Below are positions 30,519 to 40,240 of a stretch of DNA of 64,000 bases, piece after piece. The translations under genes were made by a program, and so were the position numbers. Within the stretch, counting starts at the first letter, position 1; every line of letters starts with the position of its first letter. Where the stretch lies: assembly GCA_024640845.1 (NCBI GenBank), contig JAHEEE010000006.1, forward strand, positions 27,357-91,356, written 5' to 3'. The stretch comes from Myxococcales bacterium (lineage in GTDB: Bacteria; Myxococcota_A; Polyangia; Polyangiales; Houyiibacteriaceae). The notes beneath the pieces are model-generated. The model saw nothing but the letters and a program-made list of their open reading frames with translations. It ran no database searches and was not told the origin of the DNA.

Positions 30519-33167
30519 ATGCCGCGTATACTCAAGCGAATCGAATCGGTCGTGCCTCGCAGGGCGTCGGGGTACGGGGGGAAAGCGCGAGGCTTGGCGG
30601 CACTGGCGCGCGCCGGCTTCCCGGTGCCGGCTGCGTACGCGATGCCCGGGTGGGTTGGCGATTCGTTCTACTCGACCGTGCTCGACATCGCGGACCGACC
30701 GAGGGCTTTGTTGCGAGAACCTCATGTTTCCGACGTTCGTCTGCAAGCGATCGCCGAGCGGGTGCGGGACGCCACGCTCCCGCAGGACGTCGTCCGCGCC
30801 GTCAAAGACGCGTTGTTGGCCATGCGCGACGAGGGGGCGACGAGCTTCGCCGTGCGCTCGTCAGGACTGCACGAAGACCAAGAAGGCGCTTCGGCCGCGG
30901 GGATGCATTCCACGGCGCTCAATCTCATGCGCGAGGACGAGGTCCTCGACGCGATCAAGGTCTGCTGGTCGAGCCTGTTTCGCCCGCGCGTCATCTCCTA
31001 TCTGCGTATGCTCGATGAAGCGCTACCCGTGTCGGTCGGTATCGTGATTCAGGCGATGGTTCCGGCCGAGGTGTCCGGTGTCTTGTTCACGGTCAACCCG
31101 CTGACCGGTGATGGAGGCGAGGTCGTCATCAACGCCGCGTACGGCCTTGGCTCACAAGTGGTCGAGGGGCGTGTGACGCCGGACACCTATCGAATCGACA
31201 AAGCAACGGGGCAACTGCGCGATCGAATGATTGGCGACAAGGCGCAGCAAACGCTCCTCGAGCGCTCCGGCGGCGTCCGCGAGGTCGAAGTTCCGCCGGC
31301 CGACCGCGCGCGACCGGCGCTTGCGGACCCGCAGCTTCTCCACCTAAACGATCTAGCGAATCGCATCGAGAACCACTTCGGAGACGCCCGCGACGTCGAA
31401 TGGGCGATCGCCGGGCAGCAGGTGTACGTGCTTCAGGCGCGCCCCATCGTCGTTCCCCGTGTCCGGAGCCGCCGAGGCGCGCGGCACGACCGCCTGTGGG
31501 ACCGCCGAAAGATCGTGTGGAGCAACGCCAACGTCGGCGAGGCGCTGCCGGGAGTCGCGACGCCATTCACGTGGTCGGTTCTCAGTCAGTTTAGCGACCT
31601 GGGATTTCGACGTGCGTTTGGTGCCATGGGGTGCACCGTGCCCCGCGACGCCGAGCTCGTCGGCGACTTTCGTGGGCGCATCTACATCAACCTGACCGAG
31701 TTCAGCGCGATCATGTCGCAGATCCCCTGGATCCATCCTTCGACGCTGGTGCGGCTCGGCGGTGGTCAATACGCGCCCGAGCTCGATCAGGTCGTCGCAG
31801 AGCGCAATTCCACCGGCTTCGTTCTTCGCCTCCCGCAGACGGTGTCCCGCTACGTTCGGGAGAACTTCCGCTTGGGCGCGCGCATCGAGGAGTTCGAGAG
31901 CTACTTCGCCGAGGAGCGCATGCGGATCGAAGCGATCGACCCGCGCATTCTCGAGCCGAGTGGGCTCGACCGCATGCTCGGCGACGTCGAGCACCTCCTC
32001 GATGAGACCGGATCGATCATGTTGACCGCGTACGCCAACCTCTTGAGCGCAGTCCTTGCATTGTTGACGATCCTTCGCATTTTCGCCCGCGACCAAGGCC
32101 CTGGGTTCTACCGTGATCTGCTGTCTGGCCTCCAAGACGTATCGAGCGCGCGTCCCGGTTTTGCGCTTCGTCAGATCGCGCAGCTCGCCTGCGATGAGCC
32201 AGAGGTCGCGAAGCGGATTCGAAGCACACCTCTCCCGGAGCTTCGGGTGGATGATCTTCCCCCCGGACGAACGCGCGAGGCGCTCCGGCGGTTCATCGAG
32301 GACTATGGTCACCGGGGGGTTCGCGAAGCAGAGATCGCCGCGCCGAGGTGGGCCGAAGATCCAACCCTCATGTTCGCCGCTTTGCGCTCACACCTCGACC
32401 GCTCGGCCGACATACCCGCGCGCGAACGAGGCCTCAGAGCAGCGCGCGAGGATGCCGAGCGGAAGCTGCAGCAGGGCGTCCCGCTACCCCTGCGTCCCGT
32501 CGTCCACAAGCTCCTCGAAGTCGCTCGCCGCTTCACGCGGATGCGCGAGCACCTTCGAGGCCACGTCATCGAGGTGCTGGGGCTGTTTCGGCGTGTTGCG
32601 CTCGAAGCGTCGCGGCGAATCGAGTCGCGTGAGCCGGAAGCCGGGCCCGATGCGGCCTTCTTTCTGACGCTAACCGAGGTGCGGCGCGTGCTCTATGACG
32701 ACAACGATCGCGTTGCGCTGCGCGTCCAGCGCCGAAGGCTCGAGTATGAGCGAAACCGAAAGCTACCGGACCCGCCGACGACGTTTGTCGGCTTCCCACC
32801 AGATGATGAGAGCTTCGCTGCGGCGGCGAAGAGCCTCAAGGGCCTCGCGGCGAGCAGCGGCATCGCGGAAGGCACAGTGCGAATTCTGAACGATCCGTCT
32901 CAGGCCGCCGACTTTGCGCCAGGGGAGGTGCTGGTTGTTGCCGCCGCGGACACGGGCTGGGCTCCGCTGTTTCTCGCCGCTTCAGCGGTCGTCACCGAGC
33001 TCGGTGGTCCGCTCTCCCACGCGGCGATCATCCTCCGTGAGTATGGCGTCCCCGCCGTCGTCAACGTAAGCAACGCCACCCGCTCCCTTCGCAATGGAGA
33101 CATCGTGAGAGTGGATGGGGATGCGGGAACAGTCGAAGTGTTGGGGGCCGTAGCCACTGGGTCTTGA
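30519..33167 (+). CDS. PEP-synthase/PPDK-family phosphotransferase (ATP-grasp, central domain, C-terminal phospho-His swivel)
   Basis: GGKA..L, AVRSS..ED...S.AG, GLG..VVEG...PD, DVEWA, LQARPI; C-terminal GGPLSHAAI.LREYG.PAV. Confidence 0.88.
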   Translation: MPRILKRIESVVPRRASGYGGKARGLAALARAGFPVPAAYAMPGWVGDSFYSTVLDIADRPRALLREPHVSDVRLQAIAERVRDATLPQDVVRAVKDALLAMRDEGATSFAVRSSGLHEDQEGASAAGMHSTALNLMREDEVLDAIKVCWSSLFRPRVISYLRMLDEALPVSVGIVIQAMVPAEVSGVLFTVNPLTGDGGEVVINAAYGLGSQVVEGRVTPDTYRIDKATGQLRDRMIGDKAQQTLLERSGGVREVEVPPADRARPALADPQLLHLNDLANRIENHFGDARDVEWAIAGQQVYVLQARPIVVPRVRSRRGARHDRLWDRRKIVWSNANVGEALPGVATPFTWSVLSQFSDLGFRRAFGAMGCTVPRDAELVGDFRGRIYINLTEFSAIMSQIPWIHPSTLVRLGGGQYAPELDQVVAERNSTGFVLRLPQTVSRYVRENFRLGARIEEFESYFAEERMRIEAIDPRILEPSGLDRMLGDVEHLLDETGSIMLTAYANLLSAVLALLTILRIFARDQGPGFYRDLLSGLQDVSSARPGFALRQIAQLACDEPEVAKRIRSTPLPELRVDDLPPGRTREALRRFIEDYGHRGVREAEIAAPRWAEDPTLMFAALRSHLDRSADIPARERGLRAAREDAERKLQQGVPLPLRPVVHKLLEVARRFTRMREHLRGHVIEVLGLFRRVALEASRRIESREPEAGPDAAFFLTLTEVRRVLYDDNDRVALRVQRRRLEYERNRKLPDPPTTFVGFPPDDESFAAAAKSLKGLAASSGIAEGTVRILNDPSQAADFAPGEVLVVAAADTGWAPLFLAASAVVTELGGPLSHAAIILREYGVPAVVNVSNATRSLRNGDIVRVDGDAGTVEVLGAVATGS

Positions 33168-33221
33168 GAGCTCCGTGGTCAGCGTCGGTGCGAGGGCTAG
33201 CGAGTGTGATTGGGGGCGGGA

Positions 33222-33665
33222 GGTTGCTGGCTGGAGGGTGGTCGGTGGGTGGGTTAGCTGGTTTGGTTTGGTAACATCCCCCCACCCACCCCCACCGCGT
33301 AGTCCTCCCTCCGCGGCCGTCGCTTCGCTCGGCCTTGGCGGCGCTACGCGCCGGGCTTCGCCCTTCGGGCTCGCGCTGCCGCGCATGTGATGGGGCAGGG
33401 TCTCTTGCGAGCACATTCTGTGGCAGCCCTTTTGATGCAAAGAGTCGTTCATAAGGGGCTCGGAAAAACGCGATGGGGGTTGGAGCGGGCGTGCGAAGTG
33501 ACAATCGGGACAACAGCAACCAGCGCCGATTGGCGCGCCGCACCGAGGCGAGGCTTGCGTGGCCTCACCCTCCCAGTTCTTCCGGCCACCTATGCAAGCC
33601 GAGCCGTCCCGTGAAACCCCCATCGCGTTTTTCCGAGACCCGTGTGTACCTCGACGCCCGGGCGT
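33222..33665 (+). repeat. Structured intergenic repeat element, copy 2
   Basis: Aligns to 26261-26705. Inverted repeat 33455-33481/33615-33641 (26/27 paired) carries a compensatory change relative to copy 1. Confidence 0.9.
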
Positions 33666-33721
33666 CCTGCCTTCCAGGGTCCCCAGTGCCGGCGTCGGTG
33701 CCAGTGCTAGTGTCCGTGCCA

Positions 33722-34408
33722 GTGCAAGCACCGGAGATCATCTTCCGCGATTCTGACCTCCTGGTCGTCCACAAGCCCCCCGGCCTTCCGACGACCGCGC
33801 CGTCCGCGGAGGATGCGTGCCTGGTGCGTTGGATCGAGGAGCGGTTCCCTGCGCTCCACGCTCATCCCACCTCACGGCTCGACTCTCCGGTCAGCGGCCT
33901 CGTCACCTTCGCGCTCAACAAGGCGGCGAACGAGCGCCTGCTCGAGGCGCGCCGTTCTGGGACCTACGAGCGACTCTACTTGGGCATCACTTTGCATGAT
34001 CTCGAAGCCCCCGAAGGCACGTGGTCCTGGCCGATCTCGATCGACCCCAACAACGCCAAGCTCCGCATTGCGGGGGCGGGCAAGGGTGAACGCGACGCCC
34101 GCACACGATACGAAGTCAGCGCGCGTACGCCATACGCGTCGTTGCTTCACCTGATGCCCGAGACAGGACGCACCCATCAACTTCGCGTCCATGCAGCCCA
34201 AGCTGGCGTGCCGCTTTTCGGCGATCGCGCGTACGGGGGCGAGCGGCGCCTTTCGCTTGGCGACGGGAGCGTCGTCAGCGCCCGCCGCGTGATGCTTCAC
34301 TGTGCACGGGTGGGCTTTCGATGGGGCTCGACCTCGAAGCGATTCGAGGCGCGCCCACCTCAGGACATGGAGCGCGTCTGGACCGCGCTCGGTGGGATCT
34401 TCGGCTGA
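33722..34408 (+). CDS. RluA-family pseudouridine synthase (no S4 domain)
   Basis: IIFRD.DLLVVHKPPG, SRLDSPVSG (catalytic Asp), TGRTHQLRVH and MLH. Start is probably GTG 33722. Confidence 0.85.
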   Translation: MQAPEIIFRDSDLLVVHKPPGLPTTAPSAEDACLVRWIEERFPALHAHPTSRLDSPVSGLVTFALNKAANERLLEARRSGTYERLYLGITLHDLEAPEGTWSWPISIDPNNAKLRIAGAGKGERDARTRYEVSARTPYASLLHLMPETGRTHQLRVHAAQAGVPLFGDRAYGGERRLSLGDGSVVSARRVMLHCARVGFRWGSTSKRFEARPPQDMERVWTALGGIFG

Positions 34409-34412
34409 CGGC

Positions 34413-35444
34413 TCAGCTGTTCGTCGAGTACTTTGCGCTGGGCGATGGCTCGCTCGGACGCTTGAAGTGTGCCTCGAGCTCGCGTGACAGGATCTCCAGC
34501 ACGTCCTCCTGAAGCTCGAGCGGGTGACGGATCAACCGCTCGATGTTGCGCTGGTAGATGAAGAGACGACGGTGCTCGTCGGCGCCTTGCGTAGCCATCT
34601 CGTCGAGCAAAAGCGGAGTCCGCGGGTCCACTCCTTCTGCGACGATCTCCAAGCCGGGTAGGTCGGTGACCATGATCAGGTTGCCTTCGAGTCGCTTGGC
34701 AAGCTCGTCCGGGAGCTCCCGAAGGGCCGCCTGGACGACCTTCTCGAACCGTCCACGCGAAGGGGCCCAGGGCGGCGGAGGAAGCTCCCCATCCAGGTGC
34801 CTCGTCTTGAGAAACGCGAGAGACGCCTCGCTTTGGCGCCCCTGCTTGTCCCGAAGGAGACCGAGGTAGTACATGACGTCGGGCGACGCGTCCGCGCGCT
34901 CCGCCGCGCGCTCGATTAGGGCGGCCGCAGGCTCGAGCTGGTCGAGCTCGAAGTGGGCGCGCCCGATGAGGAAGTCGAGCTGTTGGTTGTCGAACGGCCC
35001 CTCCGGTAGTCCTAGCAACAGCTCGCCGGCGGCAGCCCGATCGCCCTGTTGCAGGAGCGCATCGACCTTCAGAACCGACGCGTCGGCGATGTCGTCGGCC
35101 GTCTGGCAGCTCTCGAGCGCTTGGTCGAGTACCCGGATCGCTTCGTCGAAGCTGCCGAGTGGGTGAATCAACAGCTCGGCGGCGTTGAGCATGGCCTCGA
35201 GGTAATGCTCGTCCAGCTCGATCGCCTGCCGATAGTGCTCGAGCGCCATGTCGAGGTTCCCGTTCGCCGCGTGGATGTAGCCGATGAGATTGTGGGCATC
35301 CGGGGAGTCCCCGTCGAGCTCGAGGGTCTGTTCGGCGGACGCCATCGCCCCGTTCAGGTCGCCCTGTGTGACGAGCTCCCACCCCCGGTCCAGATGGGCG
35401 CTGAGCCGGTCCATGAAGCCTTCGTGCTGCTCGGACATGGTCAA
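34413..35444 (-). CDS. TPR protein with C-terminal zincin-like domain lacking HEXXH
   Basis: Several TPRs, then F...V..AL.ELP...DP..LFIYQRNIER, typical of minimal zincins; the HEXXH position reads RELEA. Confidence 0.8.
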   Translation of the reverse strand: MTMSEQHEGFMDRLSAHLDRGWELVTQGDLNGAMASAEQTLELDGDSPDAHNLIGYIHAANGNLDMALEHYRQAIELDEHYLEAMLNAAELLIHPLGSFDEAIRVLDQALESCQTADDIADASVLKVDALLQQGDRAAAGELLLGLPEGPFDNQQLDFLIGRAHFELDQLEPAAALIERAAERADASPDVMYYLGLLRDKQGRQSEASLAFLKTRHLDGELPPPPWAPSRGRFEKVVQAALRELPDELAKRLEGNLIMVTDLPGLEIVAEGVDPRTPLLLDEMATQGADEHRRLFIYQRNIERLIRHPLELQEDVLEILSRELEAHFKRPSEPSPSAKYSTNS

Positions 35445-35450
35445 TCCGGA

Positions 35451-35478
35451 AACTTACGTGGCGGCTTTGCGACGTCAA
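35451..35478 (-). promoter_or_regulatory. Putative sigma70-type promoter for the TPR-zincin gene
   Basis: Minus strand TTGACG-16 nt-TAAGTT, ending 6 nt before TTG 35444. Confidence 0.5.
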
Positions 35479-35507
35479 GCGGAACCGTGCGCTATGATTC
35501 ATTTGGA

Positions 35508-36395
35508 ATGCTTAGGTTTTTCACTGCGCTAGCAATCCTTGCGATCGGCTCCTGCGCATCCGAGCCATGGCCGGCGGGCCAGACGATCTCCGTCGGAACC
35601 TCGGACCGTGGCTACCTCCGTGATGCAGTGGCGCTGCCGGACCGGGGAGAGGGCTACCGACGCGTGCGGCCCGAGGAGAGCAGCCGCTACGGCACTCCCA
35701 CGTTGGTGATGGCGATCGAGCGTGCGGCCCGTGAGGTCGCTGCCGCGTTTCCGGGTGGGTACCCCCTTCGTGTTGGAGACTTGTCAGCTGCGCGGGGTGG
35801 CACGCATCCGCGGCACCGGAGTCATCGGTCCGGACGCGACGCGGACCTGCTGTTCTTCGCGCGCGATGCGGGTGGTCTCACCGCGCGCAACACCGGATGG
35901 ATGCGCTTTGATGCCTTCGGTCTCTCCACTATGCCCGGCGGTGTCCATGCGTTCGATGAAGCGCGCAATTGGCACCTCGTCCGCACGCTCGTCATGGATG
36001 ACGAGGCGCGCGTGAAATGGCTCTTCTGTTCGGACGAGCTCAAGGCGCGTCTTCTGCGCTACGCGGCCCGTCATGAACGCTCGCCTGAAGCCGTGGTGCG
36101 CGCGACTTGGGTGCTTCACCAGCCCTCGCGGGGTGACACACACGATGATCATTTTCACCTTCGGGTCGGTTGCGGCCCCGCGGAGCGGAGTCTCGGCTGC
36201 CAGGAGGAGGCTCCGCATTGGCCCTGGTTGACCGACGCCGCGCGCAAGGACGATGGCGCGGCGGTCGTCGCCGCGACCGATGCGCACTTGGTGCGGTGGC
36301 TACTGACCGAGGAGCATGTGGATCAACGAGGCCACGTCGCTCGGAGTCGCTTCGACGCCGCATCGCAACCACCCTTGGCCACTGCTGCTCGCTAG
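35508..36395 (+). CDS. Penicillin-insensitive murein endopeptidase (MepA-like), lipoprotein
   Basis: IGSC lipobox; VGDLS..RGG...H.SH.SGRDAD and HDDHFHLR LAS-type Zn motifs. Confidence 0.85.
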   Translation: MLRFFTALAILAIGSCASEPWPAGQTISVGTSDRGYLRDAVALPDRGEGYRRVRPEESSRYGTPTLVMAIERAAREVAAAFPGGYPLRVGDLSAARGGTHPRHRSHRSGRDADLLFFARDAGGLTARNTGWMRFDAFGLSTMPGGVHAFDEARNWHLVRTLVMDDEARVKWLFCSDELKARLLRYAARHERSPEAVVRATWVLHQPSRGDTHDDHFHLRVGCGPAERSLGCQEEAPHWPWLTDAARKDDGAAVVAATDAHLVRWLLTEEHVDQRGHVARSRFDAASQPPLATAAR

Positions 36396-37073
36396 GTCCG
36401 TCAGATCGCGGTGCCTGTCGGAAGCGCCCCAAATCAAAACTGCGGAGCTGCTTGGCAGCTCGTGGGCCAGCGTTGCAATCGTCGACGGCTGGACCGAGGC
36501 TTCGACACAATCGATCACGACCATCGGGCTGAGCGAGGCAGTCGCCTTCAGATTGTCCAGGAATGCGACCACGTCCTCGATCTGTTGGACCGCAGCGGCA
36601 GCGCCGACATTCTCCGCAATCTCCCTGCAGCGAGCGCGGCTGCGGGTCGCGACGAACACCATGGGGAGCGCCGATCCGGTTGGCTGGACGGTCGGGTACT
36701 TCGAGGTGTCGAGCATCGAGGGATCCGCGTCGCGGCGATCGACGCCGGAATCCTGACGCTCACGCCCGAGCTTCCTCGTCTCGTCTGGTCGAACCTTCTT
36801 GTGCGGTGGGTTCGAGCTGGCCTTCTCGGCGTAGGACACCATCGGCTCGAGGTTTTGCATCACCGCGTCGGTCGCCTCGTTTCCGAGGTAGAAGGCCATC
36901 GCAGTCCGAAGGTGCTTGTCCACGAAACGGTGGAGGGGGACGCCGCTCTGCGGGATCTCGTGCTCTCGCGCCATGTGAAGTGCCCGGTGCAAGATCTGAA
37001 CTCGGACGTCCGGTGTCGCGACCGTCTCAATCGCTTCCCTCACCATTCGTGCGATCGGGGTTTCCCTATCCAT
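36300..37073 (-). CDS. Hypothetical protein with a receiver-like C-terminal domain
   Basis: GAAGG upstream of ATG 37073; alternating beta/alpha C-terminus (MVFVAT...MVVIDC...VLIWG). Confidence 0.7.
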   Translation of the reverse strand: MDRETPIARMVREAIETVATPDVRVQILHRALHMAREHEIPQSGVPLHRFVDKHLRTAMAFYLGNEATDAVMQNLEPMVSYAEKASSNPPHKKVRPDETRKLGRERQDSGVDRRDADPSMLDTSKYPTVQPTGSALPMVFVATRSRARCREIAENVGAAAAVQQIEDVVAFLDNLKATASLSPMVVIDCVEASVQPSTIATLAHELPSSSAVLIWGASDRHRDLTDLASSSGQGWLRCGVEATPSDVASLIHMLLGQ

Positions 37074-37200
37074 TCGTCCCTCGCCTTCGGAGGCAGACTG
37101 TCCGCGATATACCACAGCACCATAATATTACCGTGATTTAGAGACACGGCCAAACAGGGCTTGGTGGTGCCCGCTCCAGCCTACATGGTACATGCCGAGC

Positions 37201-38124
37201 ATGCTGGTGACGGGGGTGGATGAGAACGGTCTCGGACCGCAGCTGGGCCCCCTGGTGGCTACTTCATTGACCCTAGAAACCCCCCGGTACGCTCGTTCTG
37301 TGCTTTGCGAGAGAGGCCTTCGGCTCGGGCTCACCGACAGCAAGGAAGCCGGCGGTTTCGGAAGGATGGGGTTTACGGAGTCCGTCGCTTTGGCGCTCCT
37401 TCGGCGCGCGCCGGATGGTCACCCCCGATCCGCCGACCGCCTCCTCGATCGCGTGTTCCCTGGGGTCCAACCGCGTCTCAGGTCGTGCTGCCCCGATGCA
37501 TCGACTGCGGAGCAGTGCTGGGGGGTCGATCTCGCGCTCCCCGCCTTCGGTGGAGATCCCGCGTTCGGAGCAAGCTTGCTCGACCGCCTCGTCGGCCGCT
37601 CGCGACTGCGCGTTGTCGACGTTCAGAGTCGCATCGCCTGTGCTGGCGTGTTGAACGCCAAATCGGTGGCGGGCCAGAACAAGCTCGCCGTCGACCTCGA
37701 TCTCTTCGAAGATCTGATCCACGGCGTGCGCCGCCGTCACGGGGTTCCGCTCTTGGTCGTATGTGGCATGATCGGCGGCATCCGCGACTACGCTTCTCGC
37801 TTCGGTCGGTTCGATTCCGCGTCTGTGCGCACGCTCACGAGCCGGCGAGGCCAGCGCCGTTATGCGGTCGAGAGCGTTGGGGAGATTCGATTCGAGGTGG
37901 ACGCCGACGTGCGACACCTTCCAGTCGCGCTCGCGTCCATCGTCGGGAAATACGTGCGCGAAGTCTGCATGCGCCGGATCGGCGAGTTCTATCGACGGGG
38001 TGATCCAGGCCTTCGACTTGCTAGCGGGTACCACGATCCCATCACGACGCGATTCATCCAAGCGACCGAGCTTCCCCGGCGCAGGCTTGGTATCGCGCAG
38101 GCCTGCTTCAGGAGACGGGGATGA
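37201..38124 (+). CDS. Divergent RNase HII-like protein
   Basis: GVDENGLGP.LGPLV, LTDSK, DAD..HLPVALASIVGK and SGY motifs. Confidence 0.75.
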   Translation: MLVTGVDENGLGPQLGPLVATSLTLETPRYARSVLCERGLRLGLTDSKEAGGFGRMGFTESVALALLRRAPDGHPRSADRLLDRVFPGVQPRLRSCCPDASTAEQCWGVDLALPAFGGDPAFGASLLDRLVGRSRLRVVDVQSRIACAGVLNAKSVAGQNKLAVDLDLFEDLIHGVRRRHGVPLLVVCGMIGGIRDYASRFGRFDSASVRTLTSRRGQRRYAVESVGEIRFEVDADVRHLPVALASIVGKYVREVCMRRIGEFYRRGDPGLRLASGYHDPITTRFIQATELPRRRLGIAQACFRRRG

Positions 38125-38145
38125 GGCTCGTGGTAGAAGGCATCC

Positions 38146-39273
38146 ATGTCTGAACGCGACAAGCTTCCCAGGTGGGTGCTTTGGCTGGGCCTCGCGGTCG
38201 CCGGGGCCTGGTTGCTGTACACGTTGCGAGGCGTCCTGGCGCCTGTGTTCTTTGCGTTCCTCATTGCGTACATGCTCGACCCGCTGGTCGACCGTATCGA
38301 GCAGAGCCGATTACTCCGCAGCCGCTCTTACGGGCGGGCCGTCGGAATCGCGGGGATCCTCGCGGGGTTCTTCGCCATTGCCGCGGTCGGCATCTTCGTC
38401 ATCTTTCCGATGGTCTACGAAGAGGTTGCCAACTTCGTGAGGCGTCTGCCCGAGCTCGTCGCGCGCAGCCGCGCCGACTGGGAGCCGATTCTCGCCCAGT
38501 ACGGCGTAGAGATTCCGACCTCCGTCCGTCAGGCGTTCGAGGAGCTTCATCTCGATGTACAGTCGGTCGTCGCGAAGGGGTACGCTCCGTTCGTCGCAGG
38601 GGTGAAATCGTTTCTCGGCGGAACCGCAAGCGCGGTTGCCGGAATCGTTGCCTCGGTGATGATCCCCGTGTTCGCCTTCTACCTGCTCTACGACTTCGAT
38701 CGATTGATCGCCGCGATAGGCGAGCTCATTCCACCCCGGCACCGCGAGGACGCGAAAGGGTTCTTCGGTGAGATCGACGAGGTGCTCGGGCAGTTCTTCC
38801 GAGGGCAGTTCACCGTCATGGTGATCCTCGGCGTGCTTTACGCCAGCGGCTACGGGGTCATCGGCGTGCCACTCGCGCTTCCGATCGGCATCCTGGCCGG
38901 CGTTCTCGCGTTCATTCCGTACGTTGGCAGCTTGACGGCGCTCGGCCTCGCGCTTCTGATGACGCTGCTCGTTTGGCAAGGTTGGACCCAGCTTTTTTGG
39001 GTGCTCGGTGTTCACGCTGTGATCCAGGGGCTCGAGGGGTTTGTGATCACGCCGAAGATCATGGGCGACACCGTCGGTATCTCGGCGATCACCGTGCTGA
39101 TCGCCTTGTTGGTTGGCGCGGAGCTGCTCGGATTCATTGGGGTGCTTCTCGCTGTGCCTGCGGCAGCGGTCTTGAAAATCCTCGTTCAACGCTTGGGTGT
39201 GAGGTATCGGCAGTCGAGCTTCTACGCCGACGCAGCCGACGCCGGCGTCTCTAGCGATCCGGGGACAGACTAG
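38146..39273 (+). CDS. AI-2E family transporter
   Basis: P.FFAFLIAYMLDPLVD, FFRGQ, FIPYVG, EG.VITPKIMG and GVLLAVP. Confidence 0.93.
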   Translation: MSERDKLPRWVLWLGLAVAGAWLLYTLRGVLAPVFFAFLIAYMLDPLVDRIEQSRLLRSRSYGRAVGIAGILAGFFAIAAVGIFVIFPMVYEEVANFVRRLPELVARSRADWEPILAQYGVEIPTSVRQAFEELHLDVQSVVAKGYAPFVAGVKSFLGGTASAVAGIVASVMIPVFAFYLLYDFDRLIAAIGELIPPRHREDAKGFFGEIDEVLGQFFRGQFTVMVILGVLYASGYGVIGVPLALPIGILAGVLAFIPYVGSLTALGLALLMTLLVWQGWTQLFWVLGVHAVIQGLEGFVITPKIMGDTVGISAITVLIALLVGAELLGFIGVLLAVPAAAVLKILVQRLGVRYRQSSFYADAADAGVSSDPGTD

Positions 39274-40183
39274 ACACGTCGACGATGACCACGACGTGTC
39301 GCCCGTCGACCGCGACCTCTCCCGTGCGAAGGAGCTCATCCCAGGGCTGTTCCATGGCATCGGGCGGGGCTTCGGCCATCCTCCGGATAAGCGCGGCGCT
39401 CTGCGCGGCGAGCTCCGGCGTCTTAGCCTGCAGATGGACCTCGGCTCTTTGCGCCTTGCCTGGCCTCACGGCTAGACCGATCGCGTCGATGCCGTGGAGG
39501 GCCGATGCGGCGTCAAAAGTCGTGATCCGCTCGAGCGCCGCCTTCCAGTGTGAAGGAGGTTCGAGAGTGGCGGCGATGGCCGCGCCAGGGCTGACAGCGG
39601 GCCACAGTGATGCAACGGGCGCACGTTCAGCGAGCGTTGGGAGTAAACCCCGACGCACGGCCATGGCCTCCGCTACTGTTCGGACGCCTCCCGTGACCGC
39701 CGTTCGGGTATCGACCAGGGCAATCGCGCTGCCACGGTCCTCGCTCGCGAGAAACGGTCCGGTCGGCGCGTCGAGGCGCGTGACCGAACCTCCTCGCGCA
39801 TCGACGAGCGCCTCGTAGCACGTGGCGATCTCCGTGGCGTCGACCCGACGGCCTGTCAGCATGAGCCCGAACGATTCGAAGGGCTGCTCCGCGGAGCCTC
39901 TGACCCAGACGGTCAGTTCCGCGAGATCTGCGATGGGATCGAGCCCACAAGTTGCCTCGATCTCGCTGAGCTGCTCCTCCCGCACGAACGCGTCGAGGAG
40001 CGTTCGTGCCGCTGCCGAGCGGAGGAGCGACCGGGAATCGATCCGTAACAACCCGCGTGCCGTGCTCGGTAGCAGCCTGAGGGCCCGGGTCGCGTGAGCG
40101 GTGCGCCCTTGCACGAAGGACGCATAGACCAATGCCGCCGTTGCAATGGCGGCTAAGGCGGCGACCTTCAGGGAGCGAGACAC
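39251..40183 (-). CDS. Hypothetical exported or membrane-anchored protein
   Basis: Signal-like N-terminus from GTG 40183; LLP..A.GLLRID...CG.DP..DL pattern; TACCCT 6 nt upstream. Confidence 0.65.
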   Translation of the reverse strand: MSRSLKVAALAAIATAALVYASFVQGRTAHATRALRLLPSTARGLLRIDSRSLLRSAAARTLLDAFVREEQLSEIEATCGLDPIADLAELTVWVRGSAEQPFESFGLMLTGRRVDATEIATCYEALVDARGGSVTRLDAPTGPFLASEDRGSAIALVDTRTAVTGGVRTVAEAMAVRRGLLPTLAERAPVASLWPAVSPGAAIAATLEPPSHWKAALERITTFDAASALHGIDAIGLAVRPGKAQRAEVHLQAKTPELAAQSAALIRRMAEAPPDAMEQPWDELLRTGEVAVDGRHVVVIVDVSSLSPDR

Positions 40184-40240
40184 CGCCCGAGGGTAGGAAG
40201 TTCTTTTCAGGGAGCAAGCCCTCGTGCTAACGCGTGCCCC

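Noticed and set aside
29285-31018. Long antisense ORFs, e.g. 29285-31018, 11044-12369, 17959-19038, 58912-60201
   Set aside because: They are shadow ORFs opposite well-supported genes, as expected in high-GC DNA.
33473-33721. 83-aa N-terminal extension of the RluA-family ORF
   Set aside because: It is a read-through of the repeat element and hexamer tract; family similarity starts at about 33722.
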